From Minisyncoccia bacterium (GTDB lineage Bacteria > Patescibacteriota > Minisyncoccia > Phycocordibacterales > Phycocordibacteraceae): 64,000 nucleotides of DNA. Under the pieces are notes generated by a model that was not told the DNA's origin, did no database searches, and saw only the letters and a list, made by a program, of their open reading frames with translations. The position numbers were made by a program, and so were the translations under genes. The first letter of the stretch is position 1, and each line of letters begins with the position of its first letter. Shown piece after piece: positions 51,115 through 60,537 of the stretch. The stretch lies in assembly GCA_038228545.1 (NCBI GenBank), contig JBBRPE010000003.1:442-64441 (forward strand), given 5' to 3'.

Positions 51115-51357
51115 TTACCACCATGATGTAAAAATTGCACTCAAAAAATTCTCAGCCACAAGCTTCCTGAAGCGAGAACTAACTACCAATCCGAATACGC
51201 CTATTACGACAATGACTCCAGAGACCATAACAATTGGCTGCGCCCCTAGATTTCTATAGAACAAATATGAAAAGGCACTCAGCACAAAAGCTGCAATGGA
51301 GATCAAGAACACAATTACAGGGATCGCTAACAGAATCTCTGAAATGAAGTTTTTCAT
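51115..51357 (-). CDS. Small 2-TM membrane protein, cassette 1
   Basis: 80 aa; TATACT + 6 nt + ATG. Confidence 0.7.
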   Translation of the reverse strand: MKNFISEILLAIPVIVFLISIAAFVLSAFSYLFYRNLGAQPIVMVSGVIVVIGVFGLVVSSRFRKLVAENFLSAIFTSWW

Positions 51358-51375
51358 GTTTTTAGTATATATCAG

Positions 51376-51625
51376 TTGAGAGACTAGGGATCGAACCTAT
51401 ATTCACGGCTTCAAAGACCGCTGTCCTACTGGCAAGCGACTGAGCGAAGAATGGAATCTGTTCTGTTCAGTGCTGGGAGACTAGGGATCGAACCTAGATT
51501 CACGGCTTCAAAGGCCGCTGTCCTACCATTAGACGATCTCCCAGCACTGGACGGAACAGGAACGGATTGCATTCTTCCGAGGGAGCGCTGCCAGCAAGCT
51601 CTGCTTACCACTCGCCGATCTCCCA
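51376..51625 (-). pseudogene. Split outer tRNA-Gln(TTG) copy, interrupted in the D-arm by a hairpin carrying the intact tRNA-Gln
   Basis: 5' part TGGGAGATCGGCGAGTGGTAAG (51625-51604); 3' part TAGGACAGCGGTCTTTGAAGCCGTGAATATAGGTTCGATCCCTAGTCTCTCAA (51428-51376). Confidence 0.75.
51473..51543 (-). tRNA. tRNA-Gln(TTG)
   Basis: TGGGAGATCGTCTAATGGTAGGACA-GCGGC-CTTTGAA-GCCGT-GAAT-CTAGG-TTCGATC-CCTAG-TCTCCCAG; CCA not encoded. Confidence 0.96.
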
Positions 51626-51675
51626 ATTTGTGAACCGCACGTTCTCACTTTGCCCGAAGTGGCTCTCCTCGGCAA

Positions 51676-52614
51676 CTACTTAAGTCTACAGGCAACTTTG
51701 AGCGCTGCCACGTCATCGGTCGAAAGCGTGACACCGTCTTTATTGTACGGGAACATTATGGACACCGGATTTTGATTGTGTACGAGACTGAGCGAGTGAC
51801 CAAGCTCATGTGCGAGCGAGTGCAAAAGCTCTGATTGGTTCTTATACGCATAGATATCAATATGCGTCTTTCCATTTGCGTCTCGTACAAAAAGACCCTC
51901 TTCGAAGTCGCCGCTTGCACTTGAATTGAAAGAAGTCACCACCTTATTTATATCTTTCACACGTGCGTTGTAGGTATCTATTTTCTGCTTAAGCTCGGTC
52001 GCTTGTGCATCAAGCTGAGCCCCTTCAGTACGTAGGTCTGATTGCTGTGACTTCAGACTGGCCTGCTCAGACTGTAGTCGCGCGTAGGTTTCCTTGTCTG
52101 CCCCACCTGCGGCATTTACGCGTTGTACCTCTGTTGAATAGCTAGCGCTTGCAGAATTAAAATCAGCAACTGCACTTCCATATGACTGTTGTGCGCTTAC
52201 GTAGTGGCGCTGTGCTGCATCAAGCGACGAACGCTCTGCGGACTGTGAGGCTTCTGTTGAATCAATCGATTTACCGAGTTCAACGGTCTGTTGACGCACG
52301 TCATAGACAAAATTTATCGGCATCGCCTGTGGGTTATCAGGTGCGTATACGAGAACGCTCTTCCCTGCGGCGCTATTCCAGAGGCCGGCACCATCCGCGA
52401 GCTTTGCAACAACTTGCGCCCTCGTAAGGGAGAAACGGGGATCAATGGTTCCTATCGTATAGGGTAACGGCGATGTACAAGGAGCAAAGAATGAAGCAAT
52501 TGCTTCTGACGAAACACGAACGAGGTCTATCGGTTGTTCGTGAAAATACAGTCCGGCGCCGACAAGTACTACAAATGCAGCTCCTGCAACAATGTAGGGT
52601 CTGTATATATTCAT
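51676..52614 (-). CDS. Matrixin-family zinc metalloprotease with coiled-coil insert
   Basis: HELGHSLSLVH...SIM metzincin motif; N-terminal TM. Confidence 0.9.
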   Translation of the reverse strand: MNIYRPYIVAGAAFVVLVGAGLYFHEQPIDLVRVSSEAIASFFAPCTSPLPYTIGTIDPRFSLTRAQVVAKLADGAGLWNSAAGKSVLVYAPDNPQAMPINFVYDVRQQTVELGKSIDSTEASQSAERSSLDAAQRHYVSAQQSYGSAVADFNSASASYSTEVQRVNAAGGADKETYARLQSEQASLKSQQSDLRTEGAQLDAQATELKQKIDTYNARVKDINKVVTSFNSSASGDFEEGLFVRDANGKTHIDIYAYKNQSELLHSLAHELGHSLSLVHNQNPVSIMFPYNKDGVTLSTDDVAALKVACRLK

Positions 52615-53648
52615 TAACGTGGAGCGAGCAATTCGATAACGGCCAGTTCCAGTGCGAGCGCGGGAACGGGAGAAAAAAGCATCCGTCCAGCGGCCTCGAG
52701 GAATGTTCTGAGTGTCTCGTGTGAGATTTTTGATTCACTATCTAGAGCCAATACCTCAAACTCTGCGTATTCGTCGGTTCCCAGTTCCAACGCAATTTCC
52801 TTACGAAGTTCAGGCGCGTAGCGAATAAGAAGAATGGTGCGAAGCGCCTCAAGCACGAGCGTCAGATACAACTGCATGTCTACATCCTCGCCCGCAGTCT
52901 TCCTAAGTGCAGACAGAGCATTCTCGACATTCCCTGCGGCCAGAGCCTTCGTAAGAGCGAGTACGAGTGCGCGCTTTGGAGCACCAGTTGCCACTTCTGC
53001 TTCTGCAAGCGATATCTTTGAATCACTCGATACGGAAAACACTTTCTCGAGTATGGAAAGCGCGTCACGATAGGAACCTTCCGCAAGCAATGCCACCAGT
53101 TCTGCTGCAGCCGGCTCAAGCGTGTACTTCTCTTTCTTCGCTATCTCCGCTATAAGCGTTGCAAGTCCTGCACGTGTCGGTTTCTTAAATTCAAACACCT
53201 GGGTGCGCGAACGAACAGTGTCGGGCACTTTTTCGAGCTCGGTCGTTGCAAGTATAAAAAGCGCATGCGCCGGTGGCTCTTCGAGAGTTTTCAGAAACGC
53301 ATTCCACGCGCCTTTCGAGAGCATGTGTGCCTCGTCGAGAATGTACACCTTGTACTTCGATTCGAACGGAAGTGTGTAGACGTTCTCGGTAAGAGAACGG
53401 ATATTATCGACGCCGGTATTGGAGGCGGCATCAATCTCATAGAGGTCCTTGTCGCTAGTGCCGAGTTCGTGAGCAAAGATACGTGCAACGGACGTCTTCC
53501 CAAGACCACGCGAGCCGGCAAACAGATACGCATGTCCTACCTTGTCTGATTTAATCTGTTCACTAAGTGGTCCAGTGACTTGCTGCTGACCCGCCACTTC
53601 GCTGAATTTCGAAGGACGATAGGTACGGTATAACGACTGGTGTGCCAT
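52614..53648 (-). CDS. dnaX: DNA polymerase III gamma/tau (short form)
   Basis: LYRTYRP, GSRGLGKT, EIDAASN, DEAHML, LKTLEEPP. Confidence 0.96.
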   Translation of the reverse strand: MAHQSLYRTYRPSKFSEVAGQQQVTGPLSEQIKSDKVGHAYLFAGSRGLGKTSVARIFAHELGTSDKDLYEIDAASNTGVDNIRSLTENVYTLPFESKYKVYILDEAHMLSKGAWNAFLKTLEEPPAHALFILATTELEKVPDTVRSRTQVFEFKKPTRAGLATLIAEIAKKEKYTLEPAAAELVALLAEGSYRDALSILEKVFSVSSDSKISLAEAEVATGAPKRALVLALTKALAAGNVENALSALRKTAGEDVDMQLYLTLVLEALRTILLIRYAPELRKEIALELGTDEYAEFEVLALDSESKISHETLRTFLEAAGRMLFSPVPALALELAVIELLAPR

Positions 53649-53655
53649 GGGGCGA

Positions 53656-54630
53656 TTATACCAGTCCACGAGCTTCATTCAGAACCGAACGTAGTTCTTC
53701 AAGAGCGTTCACATTCATAAGTGTGTTGCGGAGCTCAGCCGCATTCGGCCATCCATTCACAAAGGCTTTGAAGTGCTTTTTTAAGAGGTGAAAAGATTTT
53801 TTCGGTCGCATCTCGTCGAAGTAGCCAGCGAGTATAGAGAGTGCTTCAAGTTTTTCCTGTGGCGTAATTTCTTCCGGATTTCTATCCGTAAACGCCCATG
53901 GATTCCCGAATATTGCTCGACCGAGCATCACGCCGTCGAATCCACTCTGCGCTACCCGCGCACGTGCCTCAGCGAGGGTTTTTACGTCGCCGTTTCCAAG
54001 GAGGAGCGTCTGTGGCGCGTATCGGTTACGCAACGCCAGAACGCGTGGCGCAAGCTCCCAGTGGGCGGGTACGAGCGACATTTCTTTACGTGTACGCAGA
54101 TGTACCGTAAGTGCTGCAATATTTTCCTGCAAAAGAATCGGAAGCCACACATCCATTTCTTCTTTGTTGTAGCCGATGCGTGTCTTTACTGAGACTGGCA
54201 ATCCACTTTCTTTTGCGGCGCGAATAATGGCGGGCGCGTCCTCCATATGCTTTATCATGCCTGCCCCCGCTCCCTGCTTCTCAATTGTTTTATCAGGACA
54301 GCCCATATTTATGTCCACACCGTCAAAACCAAGGGTGGCAGCAAGCTTGGCTGCGTACGCAATGGTTTCCGGATTGCTTCCGAATATCTGTGCAACTATG
54401 GGTCGTTCTTGAGTGCTATAGAGAAAATCTCGCATAAGCGGATTCTCGTCATCCTTCATTCCCTTCCGCTCGCGCGTAGCGTAGAGCCCATCTGCGGAAA
54501 CGAATTCCGTCCAGGTAACATCCGGTTTACCAGACTCCGCAATAAGCCGCCGATAGGCAGGATCGGTGACGTCTGCCATGGGCGCCATGACGAAGAACGG
54601 TTTCGTGAGTTTGTTCCAGAAGGAGTCCAT
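53656..54630 (-). CDS. dus: tRNA-dihydrouridine synthase
   Basis: MAPMADVTD, DINMGCP, SVKTRIG, VHLRT, GNGDV, GR. Confidence 0.95.
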   Translation of the reverse strand: MDSFWNKLTKPFFVMAPMADVTDPAYRRLIAESGKPDVTWTEFVSADGLYATRERKGMKDDENPLMRDFLYSTQERPIVAQIFGSNPETIAYAAKLAATLGFDGVDINMGCPDKTIEKQGAGAGMIKHMEDAPAIIRAAKESGLPVSVKTRIGYNKEEMDVWLPILLQENIAALTVHLRTRKEMSLVPAHWELAPRVLALRNRYAPQTLLLGNGDVKTLAEARARVAQSGFDGVMLGRAIFGNPWAFTDRNPEEITPQEKLEALSILAGYFDEMRPKKSFHLLKKHFKAFVNGWPNAAELRNTLMNVNALEELRSVLNEARGLV

Positions 54631-54674
54631 ATCGGCACCTTATCTTATTTCATACTTCGCACCAATAGGGACAG

Positions 54675-54783
54675 TATGGAATCATGCAGATGCGAGGCAT
54701 GGGTAAAAGAGTTCTGAAAACGTACTCACAGTACGATGGAAGAAATCTTTGGGACCCATAACAAAGCAGATGCGGATTCTATG
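54675..54783. repeat. ERIC-like palindromic element, copy 3
   Basis: TGCGAGGCATGGGTAA...CGTACTCACAGTACG...TGGGACCCATAACAAAGCAG; covaries with copy 1. Confidence 0.8.
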
Positions 54784-55732
54784 GTGTTCCGCGTTTTTTG
54801 AAGAAGACTTTGGAGTCGAAGCGTAAGTCCACATACAGAAGCGAACCGTCGTTCAGGTTTAGACTGGGGAACGACGACGCGGCAAGATTTGCGGCTTTTT
54901 GTTCATGACCAACGACATAGGTAATACGTGTTCCCGCCTGCGTATAGAGGTCTGCCTCGTCATCACGTATATCAACTGAAACCACGTCAGCATTGAGTGA
55001 ACGAATTGCTTTCACGAATTGCAGCAATCCGGGGAGCGATGAAGACTTTTTTATGGTCATACCGAGTGGCGAAGAGCTTGCTTGATTCGTGTCGGTAAGC
55101 GGTGCGTACATGGACAGCATTGATGTTGATGCCTGAGCAGCCTCGAGTACGACGGGAGCGAACACAAAGCCGTTTGCATCGCTCTGATAACAACTCGCAA
55201 GCGGTGCACCTAACGATGTACCACACCACCAGAACGCGGCACCACGCTCGCTCGTAGTGACCGCAAGCGTATTCAGACCGCGTGGCGCAATGGAGACCGC
55301 TTCCACATTCGGAAATGACGCCAGTATATGTGCGCGAAGCTGCGCTTCCGGAAGAAAGAAAATGGAGTTGCGTGGAAGAATCAGAAAACGAGTACCGGAA
55401 AGGTCGTTCAGTACGAACGATTGAATTTCCGTACTGCTTGGACCTTCAGACTGAACTGCTTGCACGCGGAAGGTTGGTAGCCAGAGGACTACTTCCATAC
55501 CAAGCGCGAGTAAGACGACAACGATACCTATAAGAACCAGCCACGTGCGCCGTGCACGCTGACGGCGACGCTTAAGGGGTGTGCGAGGCGCCCCGCGTGA
55601 GGCAGCGCGCACTGATTCTCGCTTCGTTGGTACTGCGCGCTTTGGAACACGAACACGCTCCGGCTCTCGCGCCAGTGCTGGCGCTACCGGCGCAGACCGA
55701 GGACTACGCTGTATGTCCCAACTCTTCGCCAT
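54779..55732 (-). CDS. FtsQ/DivIB-like cell-division protein
   Basis: Basic N-terminus, single TM, POTRA-like region, C-terminal YVDLRF..KVFFK. Confidence 0.75.
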   Translation of the reverse strand: MAKSWDIQRSPRSAPVAPALAREPERVRVPKRAVPTKRESVRAASRGAPRTPLKRRRQRARRTWLVLIGIVVVLLALGMEVVLWLPTFRVQAVQSEGPSSTEIQSFVLNDLSGTRFLILPRNSIFFLPEAQLRAHILASFPNVEAVSIAPRGLNTLAVTTSERGAAFWWCGTSLGAPLASCYQSDANGFVFAPVVLEAAQASTSMLSMYAPLTDTNQASSSPLGMTIKKSSSLPGLLQFVKAIRSLNADVVSVDIRDDEADLYTQAGTRITYVVGHEQKAANLAASSFPSLNLNDGSLLYVDLRFDSKVFFKKRGTP

Positions 55733-57029
55733 TGCTTGCTCCGGTTACTTCTTCAGTCCCAACGATTTCCTTTGCTATCACGCTTTTCCCCATGTACGGC
55801 ACGAGTGCTTCTGGTACACGAATACTACCGTCCGCTTGCTGGTAGTTTTCAATAATAGAAACGAGGATGCGTGGCACTGGAACTGCCGTTGAGTTAAGTG
55901 AGTGTGCAAACTGCATTTTTCCTTCCGCGTCGCGGTAGCGAATATTCAAGCGCCGCGTCTGGAAATCATGGAAATAAGACGCTGAACTAATCTCGCGATA
56001 GGTCTCCTCAGCAGGAACCCACAACTCTATATCGTACTTCTTCACCTGACCGAGACCGAGGTCTCCACCGCAGTTAACCACCGTGTGATACGGAATACCG
56101 AGAAGCTCCATAAATTCCTCCGTGTTGCGATTTAATTCTTCATGGAGAGCAACGGTTGTCGTGTGTGATGCCTCACAGAGTGCGACCTGTTCCCACTTGT
56201 TAAATTCATGCACCCGTATAAGTCCCCGGACATCTTTGCCATGAGCGCCAGCTTCCCGGCGGAAGCAGGGGCTAAACGCGAGAAACTTTACGGGAAGCTG
56301 AGCAAGCTCAAGCGTCTCGTCCATGTAAAAACCCATAGTTGCAACTTCCGCAGTACCAGCGAGATAATCGCCATCCTGTGTCTTATATAAATCTTCTTCT
56401 CCTTGTGGGAGATAGCCGGTACCCATGAATGTCTCACGACGCACGAGTGACGGCGCAAGTAACGGCATAAACTTCTTTCCGGTCCAGTGCTTAAGGGCAA
56501 GCTGCCAAATGGCATTCATAAGCAGTACGCCGTCGCCCTTGAGGAAGTAGCCACGGAAGCCGGCAACCTTTGCACCGCGTTCGAAGTCTGCCATGTCGAG
56601 AGCCACCATCAAATCAACATGGTTCTTTGGCACGAACGAAAATTCCGGCTTATCGCCCCACACACTTACTTCTTTATTGTCCGCATCACTTTCGCCTTCC
56701 GGCACAGACATGTCCGGAATATTTGGCACCGTAAGCATCAGCGCCTGCCACTCCGTCATTACTGTTTTGTACTTTTCGTCGTACTCCGTCATTCCCTGCT
56801 TTACGTGACGCATCGCCTCAAGAAGCTTCTCTTTCGCCTCCCCACTTGCCATGGAGATTTGATTGCTTGCGCGATTCTGTTCTGCACGCATTTCATCGAG
56901 CTTGGCACGAAGCGTCTTGCGTTCATCATCAAGCGAAAGGAGACGGTCAATATCAACCTTCATGCGCTTCTTGGACGCACCCGCCTTAATGAGGTCCGCG
57001 TTTTCGCGGATAAAGTGGATATCTAGCAT
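55704..57029 (-). CDS. serS: Serine--tRNA ligase
   Basis: MLDIHFIREN, GTAE, FRREAG...RVHEF.K.E, EISSAS, HSLNST. Confidence 0.98.
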   Translation of the reverse strand: MLDIHFIRENADLIKAGASKKRMKVDIDRLLSLDDERKTLRAKLDEMRAEQNRASNQISMASGEAKEKLLEAMRHVKQGMTEYDEKYKTVMTEWQALMLTVPNIPDMSVPEGESDADNKEVSVWGDKPEFSFVPKNHVDLMVALDMADFERGAKVAGFRGYFLKGDGVLLMNAIWQLALKHWTGKKFMPLLAPSLVRRETFMGTGYLPQGEEDLYKTQDGDYLAGTAEVATMGFYMDETLELAQLPVKFLAFSPCFRREAGAHGKDVRGLIRVHEFNKWEQVALCEASHTTTVALHEELNRNTEEFMELLGIPYHTVVNCGGDLGLGQVKKYDIELWVPAEETYREISSASYFHDFQTRRLNIRYRDAEGKMQFAHSLNSTAVPVPRILVSIIENYQQADGSIRVPEALVPYMGKSVIAKEIVGTEEVTGASNGEELGHTA

Positions 57030-57082
57030 GTAGTCCACTATACGGCACCACACCCAGTCAGAAAAGTGTGATACTGGTACAC

Positions 57083-57937
57083 ATGGACAGTCGCGAGCTC
57101 GCGCGCGAAGACTATCCGGTACAACTGCGTGAAATTCCGCAGCCACCGGAGCGTCTATGGATGCGTGGCACATTTCCTCCCGTAGGAACCAAGTACCTTG
57201 CAGTAGTTGGTTCGCGCGCACTCACGAGCTATGGACGTGAGGCATGCGCACGACTTATAGGAGGACTTGCAGGATATCCCATCTCTATTGTTTCCGGTCT
57301 CGCACTTGGCGCGGACGCCGCCGCACATAGAGCCGCTCTCGCTGCAGGGCTTCACACCATTGCCGTTCCTGGTTCAGGACTTTCTGACCGTGCTATTTCA
57401 CCAAAAAGCAATCTTGGACTTTCGCGTGAAATTCTTGCTGCGGGCGGCGGACTTATTTCCGAGCATGAGGACGACTACCTACCGCATGCGTACGACTTTC
57501 CTTCACGCAATCGCATCATGGTTGGCCTCGCTGACGCCGTGCTCATGATAGAAGCGGGAGAGAAGTCTGGGACGCTCATAACCGCGCGTCTTACCACGGA
57601 GTACAATCGAGATCTTCTGTGCGTGCCCCATCGCATTGGGGACGTACATGGATTCGGCTCGCATTTATTCTTACGACTTGGGGCGACGCTCACCACGCAT
57701 CCGCTTCACATACTCGAAGCTCTACACATTGCTCCGCGACTTGAGGGCGATGCATCGTCTTCTCTAGTGCTCGTTGGTAACGAGAAGATTTTGTACGACC
57801 TTCTAACAGAACCCGTAAGCCGAGATGATGCAGTGCGACGCTCGAAGTTATCCGTCGCAGATGCGCTCACCGCCCTCGTAACGCTTGAGCTCAAAGGGCT
57901 CGCTCGTGAAGAATTTGGTGCCTGGCGGAGATTCTAA
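57083..57937 (+). CDS. dprA: DNA-processing protein DprA
   Basis: AVVGSR, IVSGLALGAD, FPSRNRI, EAGEKSGTLITA, C-terminal winged helix. Confidence 0.96.
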   Translation: MDSRELAREDYPVQLREIPQPPERLWMRGTFPPVGTKYLAVVGSRALTSYGREACARLIGGLAGYPISIVSGLALGADAAAHRAALAAGLHTIAVPGSGLSDRAISPKSNLGLSREILAAGGGLISEHEDDYLPHAYDFPSRNRIMVGLADAVLMIEAGEKSGTLITARLTTEYNRDLLCVPHRIGDVHGFGSHLFLRLGATLTTHPLHILEALHIAPRLEGDASSSLVLVGNEKILYDLLTEPVSRDDAVRRSKLSVADALTALVTLELKGLAREEFGAWRRF

Positions 57938-58089
57938 TATACGAAGACCGCCTGCGGATGTATACGGAGTGCCCGATACTTTTTTGAAAACAGCACGCAT
58001 ACCGTCGGTGCCGGCTTGCACTTCTTCTATCTATACGAGGATGCAATCCTTGACTTCTAGTAGGTATGCACGTTATGCATACCTTATAT

Positions 58090-60489
58090 ATGTCACGGGT
58101 AGCAAAGAAAATACTCCTTATCGTCGAGTCGCCTGCCAAAGCGCGGACTATTCAGCAGTACCTCGGAAAAGACTACGAAGTACTTGCTTCCGTGGGCCAC
58201 GTGCGCGATCTTCCGAAGAGCAATAAGGACGCGGTTGATATAGAAGACGGCTTCAAGCCACGCTATGTCGTGTCACCCGATAAACGAGACGTTATCGAGA
58301 AAATTAAGAAGGCTGCCGAGCACGCATCAGAGGTGTATCTTGCGACAGACCCCGACCGCGAAGGCGAAGCTATTTCCTGGCACATTCAACAGGCCGTTGG
58401 GCTTATATCTCCGAAGCGAGTTGTATTCCACGAAATTACGAAAGCAGCCGTTGAAGAAGCTATTGCGCATCCACGCACCATTGATCAAAAGATGCGCGCT
58501 GCCCAGGAAGCGCGCCGCGTGCTCGATCGCCTTGTGGGCTACGACCTTTCCGGTCTCATTTGGAAAAAGGTGCGCTACGGCCTTTCCGCCGGACGTGTGC
58601 AGTCGCCGGCGCTTCGCATACTTGCGGAACGTGAGCGTGAAATTAAGGCGTTCATACCAGTTACCTACTTTGTTATTGATGCACGTTTTAAAGCACATGG
58701 TGAGGAATTTCCCGCAGTGTGCTCAGTCGAGCCCGACAATGCCGCTGAAGCAACCCGTATCGTAACGCTTGGTGAGAAAGCTACGTGGAAAATTGCGAGC
58801 GTTGATGAGACTGCGCAGGAACGGCATCCTCGCCCGCCGTTCACCACGTCCACGCTCCAACAGGCGGCGTCGACACGTCTTGGCTTCTCACCAAGTCGTA
58901 CCATGCGCGCTGCACAGAAGCTCTACGAGGCGGGTCATATCACGTACATGCGTACCGACTCGGTAAATCTTTCACAAGAAGCGGTTGCAAAATTAGTCTC
59001 AACCGCTCGTGCAGAATTCGGCGATTCCTACGTGCAGGCGCGCACCTATAAGACGAAGAGTAAGAATGCTCAGGAAGCGCACGAGGCAGTACGTCCAACG
59101 GACCCAACCAAGGGGCACGCGGGAGCAGAGCCCGACCAGCACCGCCTCTACGAACTTATTCGCGTGCGTGCAATTGCGTCGCAAATGGCATCTGCGTCCA
59201 CCATTCGCACGAGTGTAAAAATCGAAGCTGACGCTGACATTCCACTTTTTAGTGCAAACGGTTCTCGCGTTGTCTTTCCTGGTTGGCTTGCGCTTGATAC
59301 GCGTGCTCGAGGAGAGGATGTAGAGCTTCCGAAGTTTACCCAGGGCGAAAAAGTAGACGTGATTACACTCGGCTCGCTCGAGAAACAGACCGAACCGCCG
59401 AACCGCTACACGGAGGCGGGTCTCGTGAAGGAGCTCGAGAAGCGCGGTATCGGACGCCCATCAACGTACGCGTCTATCATGAACACTATTGCTGCTCGTG
59501 GGTATGTAGAGAAAACCGGACGCACACTCACACCGACGGCAACCGGAATGGTGGTCTCCGGTTTCCTTGAAGAGCACTTCGCGGAATACATCAGTGACTC
59601 CTTCACGGCAGAAATGGAAAACGAGCTTGATGAAATTGCTCGCGGGGAGCGTGACTACGAGACAACGCTCCGCGATTTTTACACACCATTCAATAAAGCA
59701 GTCCACGCTAAGGACGATTTGCCGAAGGCAACGTCGCTCGGAGCCGTTGACCCGAAGTTCCCGTGCCCTATTTGTGGCGCACCGATGGAGTTCAAGCTTG
59801 GGCGCGGTGGCATTTTTATGAGCTGTACACGGTACCCAGAATGCACCGGTGCACGCCAAGAGGACGGTAGCGAGCTTAAGTCGGATGAGCCAATCGGTAT
59901 TCACCCGGACACTGGCGTACCTATATATGTAAAGACGGGCCGATTCGGTCCGTATGTAGAAATGGTCCTACCGACGGATGAGTCAGCGGAGCCAGAGCCA
60001 GTACTGCTTACCAAAGCGGGAAAACCTCGCAAGGTAAAAGCGAAGAAGCCGAAGATAAACGCGAAACGAGCGAGTGTGCCGGCCGGCGTTGATCCAACAA
60101 CAGTTACACTGGTGGACGCGGTTAAGTATCTTTCACTTCCCCGCGAACTTGGACGTCATCCAATCACGAACGAAATGATTAGTGCATCCACGGGGCGCTT
60201 CGGACCATTTGTTGCTCATAATGGTGAGTTCCGTTCCATTAAAAAAGCGGACCCGTATACAATTACACTTGAAGAAGCGATTACGCTTCTGAACGAACCG
60301 AAGCGTCCACCGAAGGGTGTCGACCTCGTGCGTGATGTCGGCAAGCACCCGAAGACCGGAAAGCTACTTACCCTCTACAAATCAAAGGCTGGCCACTTCC
60401 TTAAGAAAGGTCTCCGACGCGTCTACCTTCCGGAGAGTGTGAACCCGGACACGCTGACGGCTGAGGAGGCAGCAAGCTACCTCTCCTAA
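58090..60489 (+). CDS. topA: DNA topoisomerase I
   Basis: IVESPAKA, ATDPDREGE, SAGRVQS, ITYMRTD, one Zn ribbon plus C-terminal GRFGP repeats. Confidence 0.98.
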   Translation: MSRVAKKILLIVESPAKARTIQQYLGKDYEVLASVGHVRDLPKSNKDAVDIEDGFKPRYVVSPDKRDVIEKIKKAAEHASEVYLATDPDREGEAISWHIQQAVGLISPKRVVFHEITKAAVEEAIAHPRTIDQKMRAAQEARRVLDRLVGYDLSGLIWKKVRYGLSAGRVQSPALRILAEREREIKAFIPVTYFVIDARFKAHGEEFPAVCSVEPDNAAEATRIVTLGEKATWKIASVDETAQERHPRPPFTTSTLQQAASTRLGFSPSRTMRAAQKLYEAGHITYMRTDSVNLSQEAVAKLVSTARAEFGDSYVQARTYKTKSKNAQEAHEAVRPTDPTKGHAGAEPDQHRLYELIRVRAIASQMASASTIRTSVKIEADADIPLFSANGSRVVFPGWLALDTRARGEDVELPKFTQGEKVDVITLGSLEKQTEPPNRYTEAGLVKELEKRGIGRPSTYASIMNTIAARGYVEKTGRTLTPTATGMVVSGFLEEHFAEYISDSFTAEMENELDEIARGERDYETTLRDFYTPFNKAVHAKDDLPKATSLGAVDPKFPCPICGAPMEFKLGRGGIFMSCTRYPECTGARQEDGSELKSDEPIGIHPDTGVPIYVKTGRFGPYVEMVLPTDESAEPEPVLLTKAGKPRKVKAKKPKINAKRASVPAGVDPTTVTLVDAVKYLSLPRELGRHPITNEMISASTGRFGPFVAHNGEFRSIKKADPYTITLEEAITLLNEPKRPPKGVDLVRDVGKHPKTGKLLTLYKSKAGHFLKKGLRRVYLPESVNPDTLTAEEAASYLS

Positions 60490-60496
60490 ATACTTC

Positions 60497-60525
60497 AAGG
60501 GCGCCGCATTCTGCGGCGCCCTTTT
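60497..60525 (+). terminator. Intrinsic terminator
   Basis: AAGGGCGCCGCA-ttc-TGCGGCGCCCTTTT. Confidence 0.9.
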
Positions 60526-60537
60526 GGCTTTCAGGCT

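Noticed and set aside
49260-51430. Classical integron (attC) or prophage
   Set aside because: Repeats are short direct repeats lacking the RYYYAAC...GTTRRRY palindromic attC structure; no IntI or phage genes.
51429-51603. Group I intron in tRNA-Gln
   Set aside because: The insert is a simple hairpin plus a tRNA; no P3-P7 core and not in the anticodon loop.
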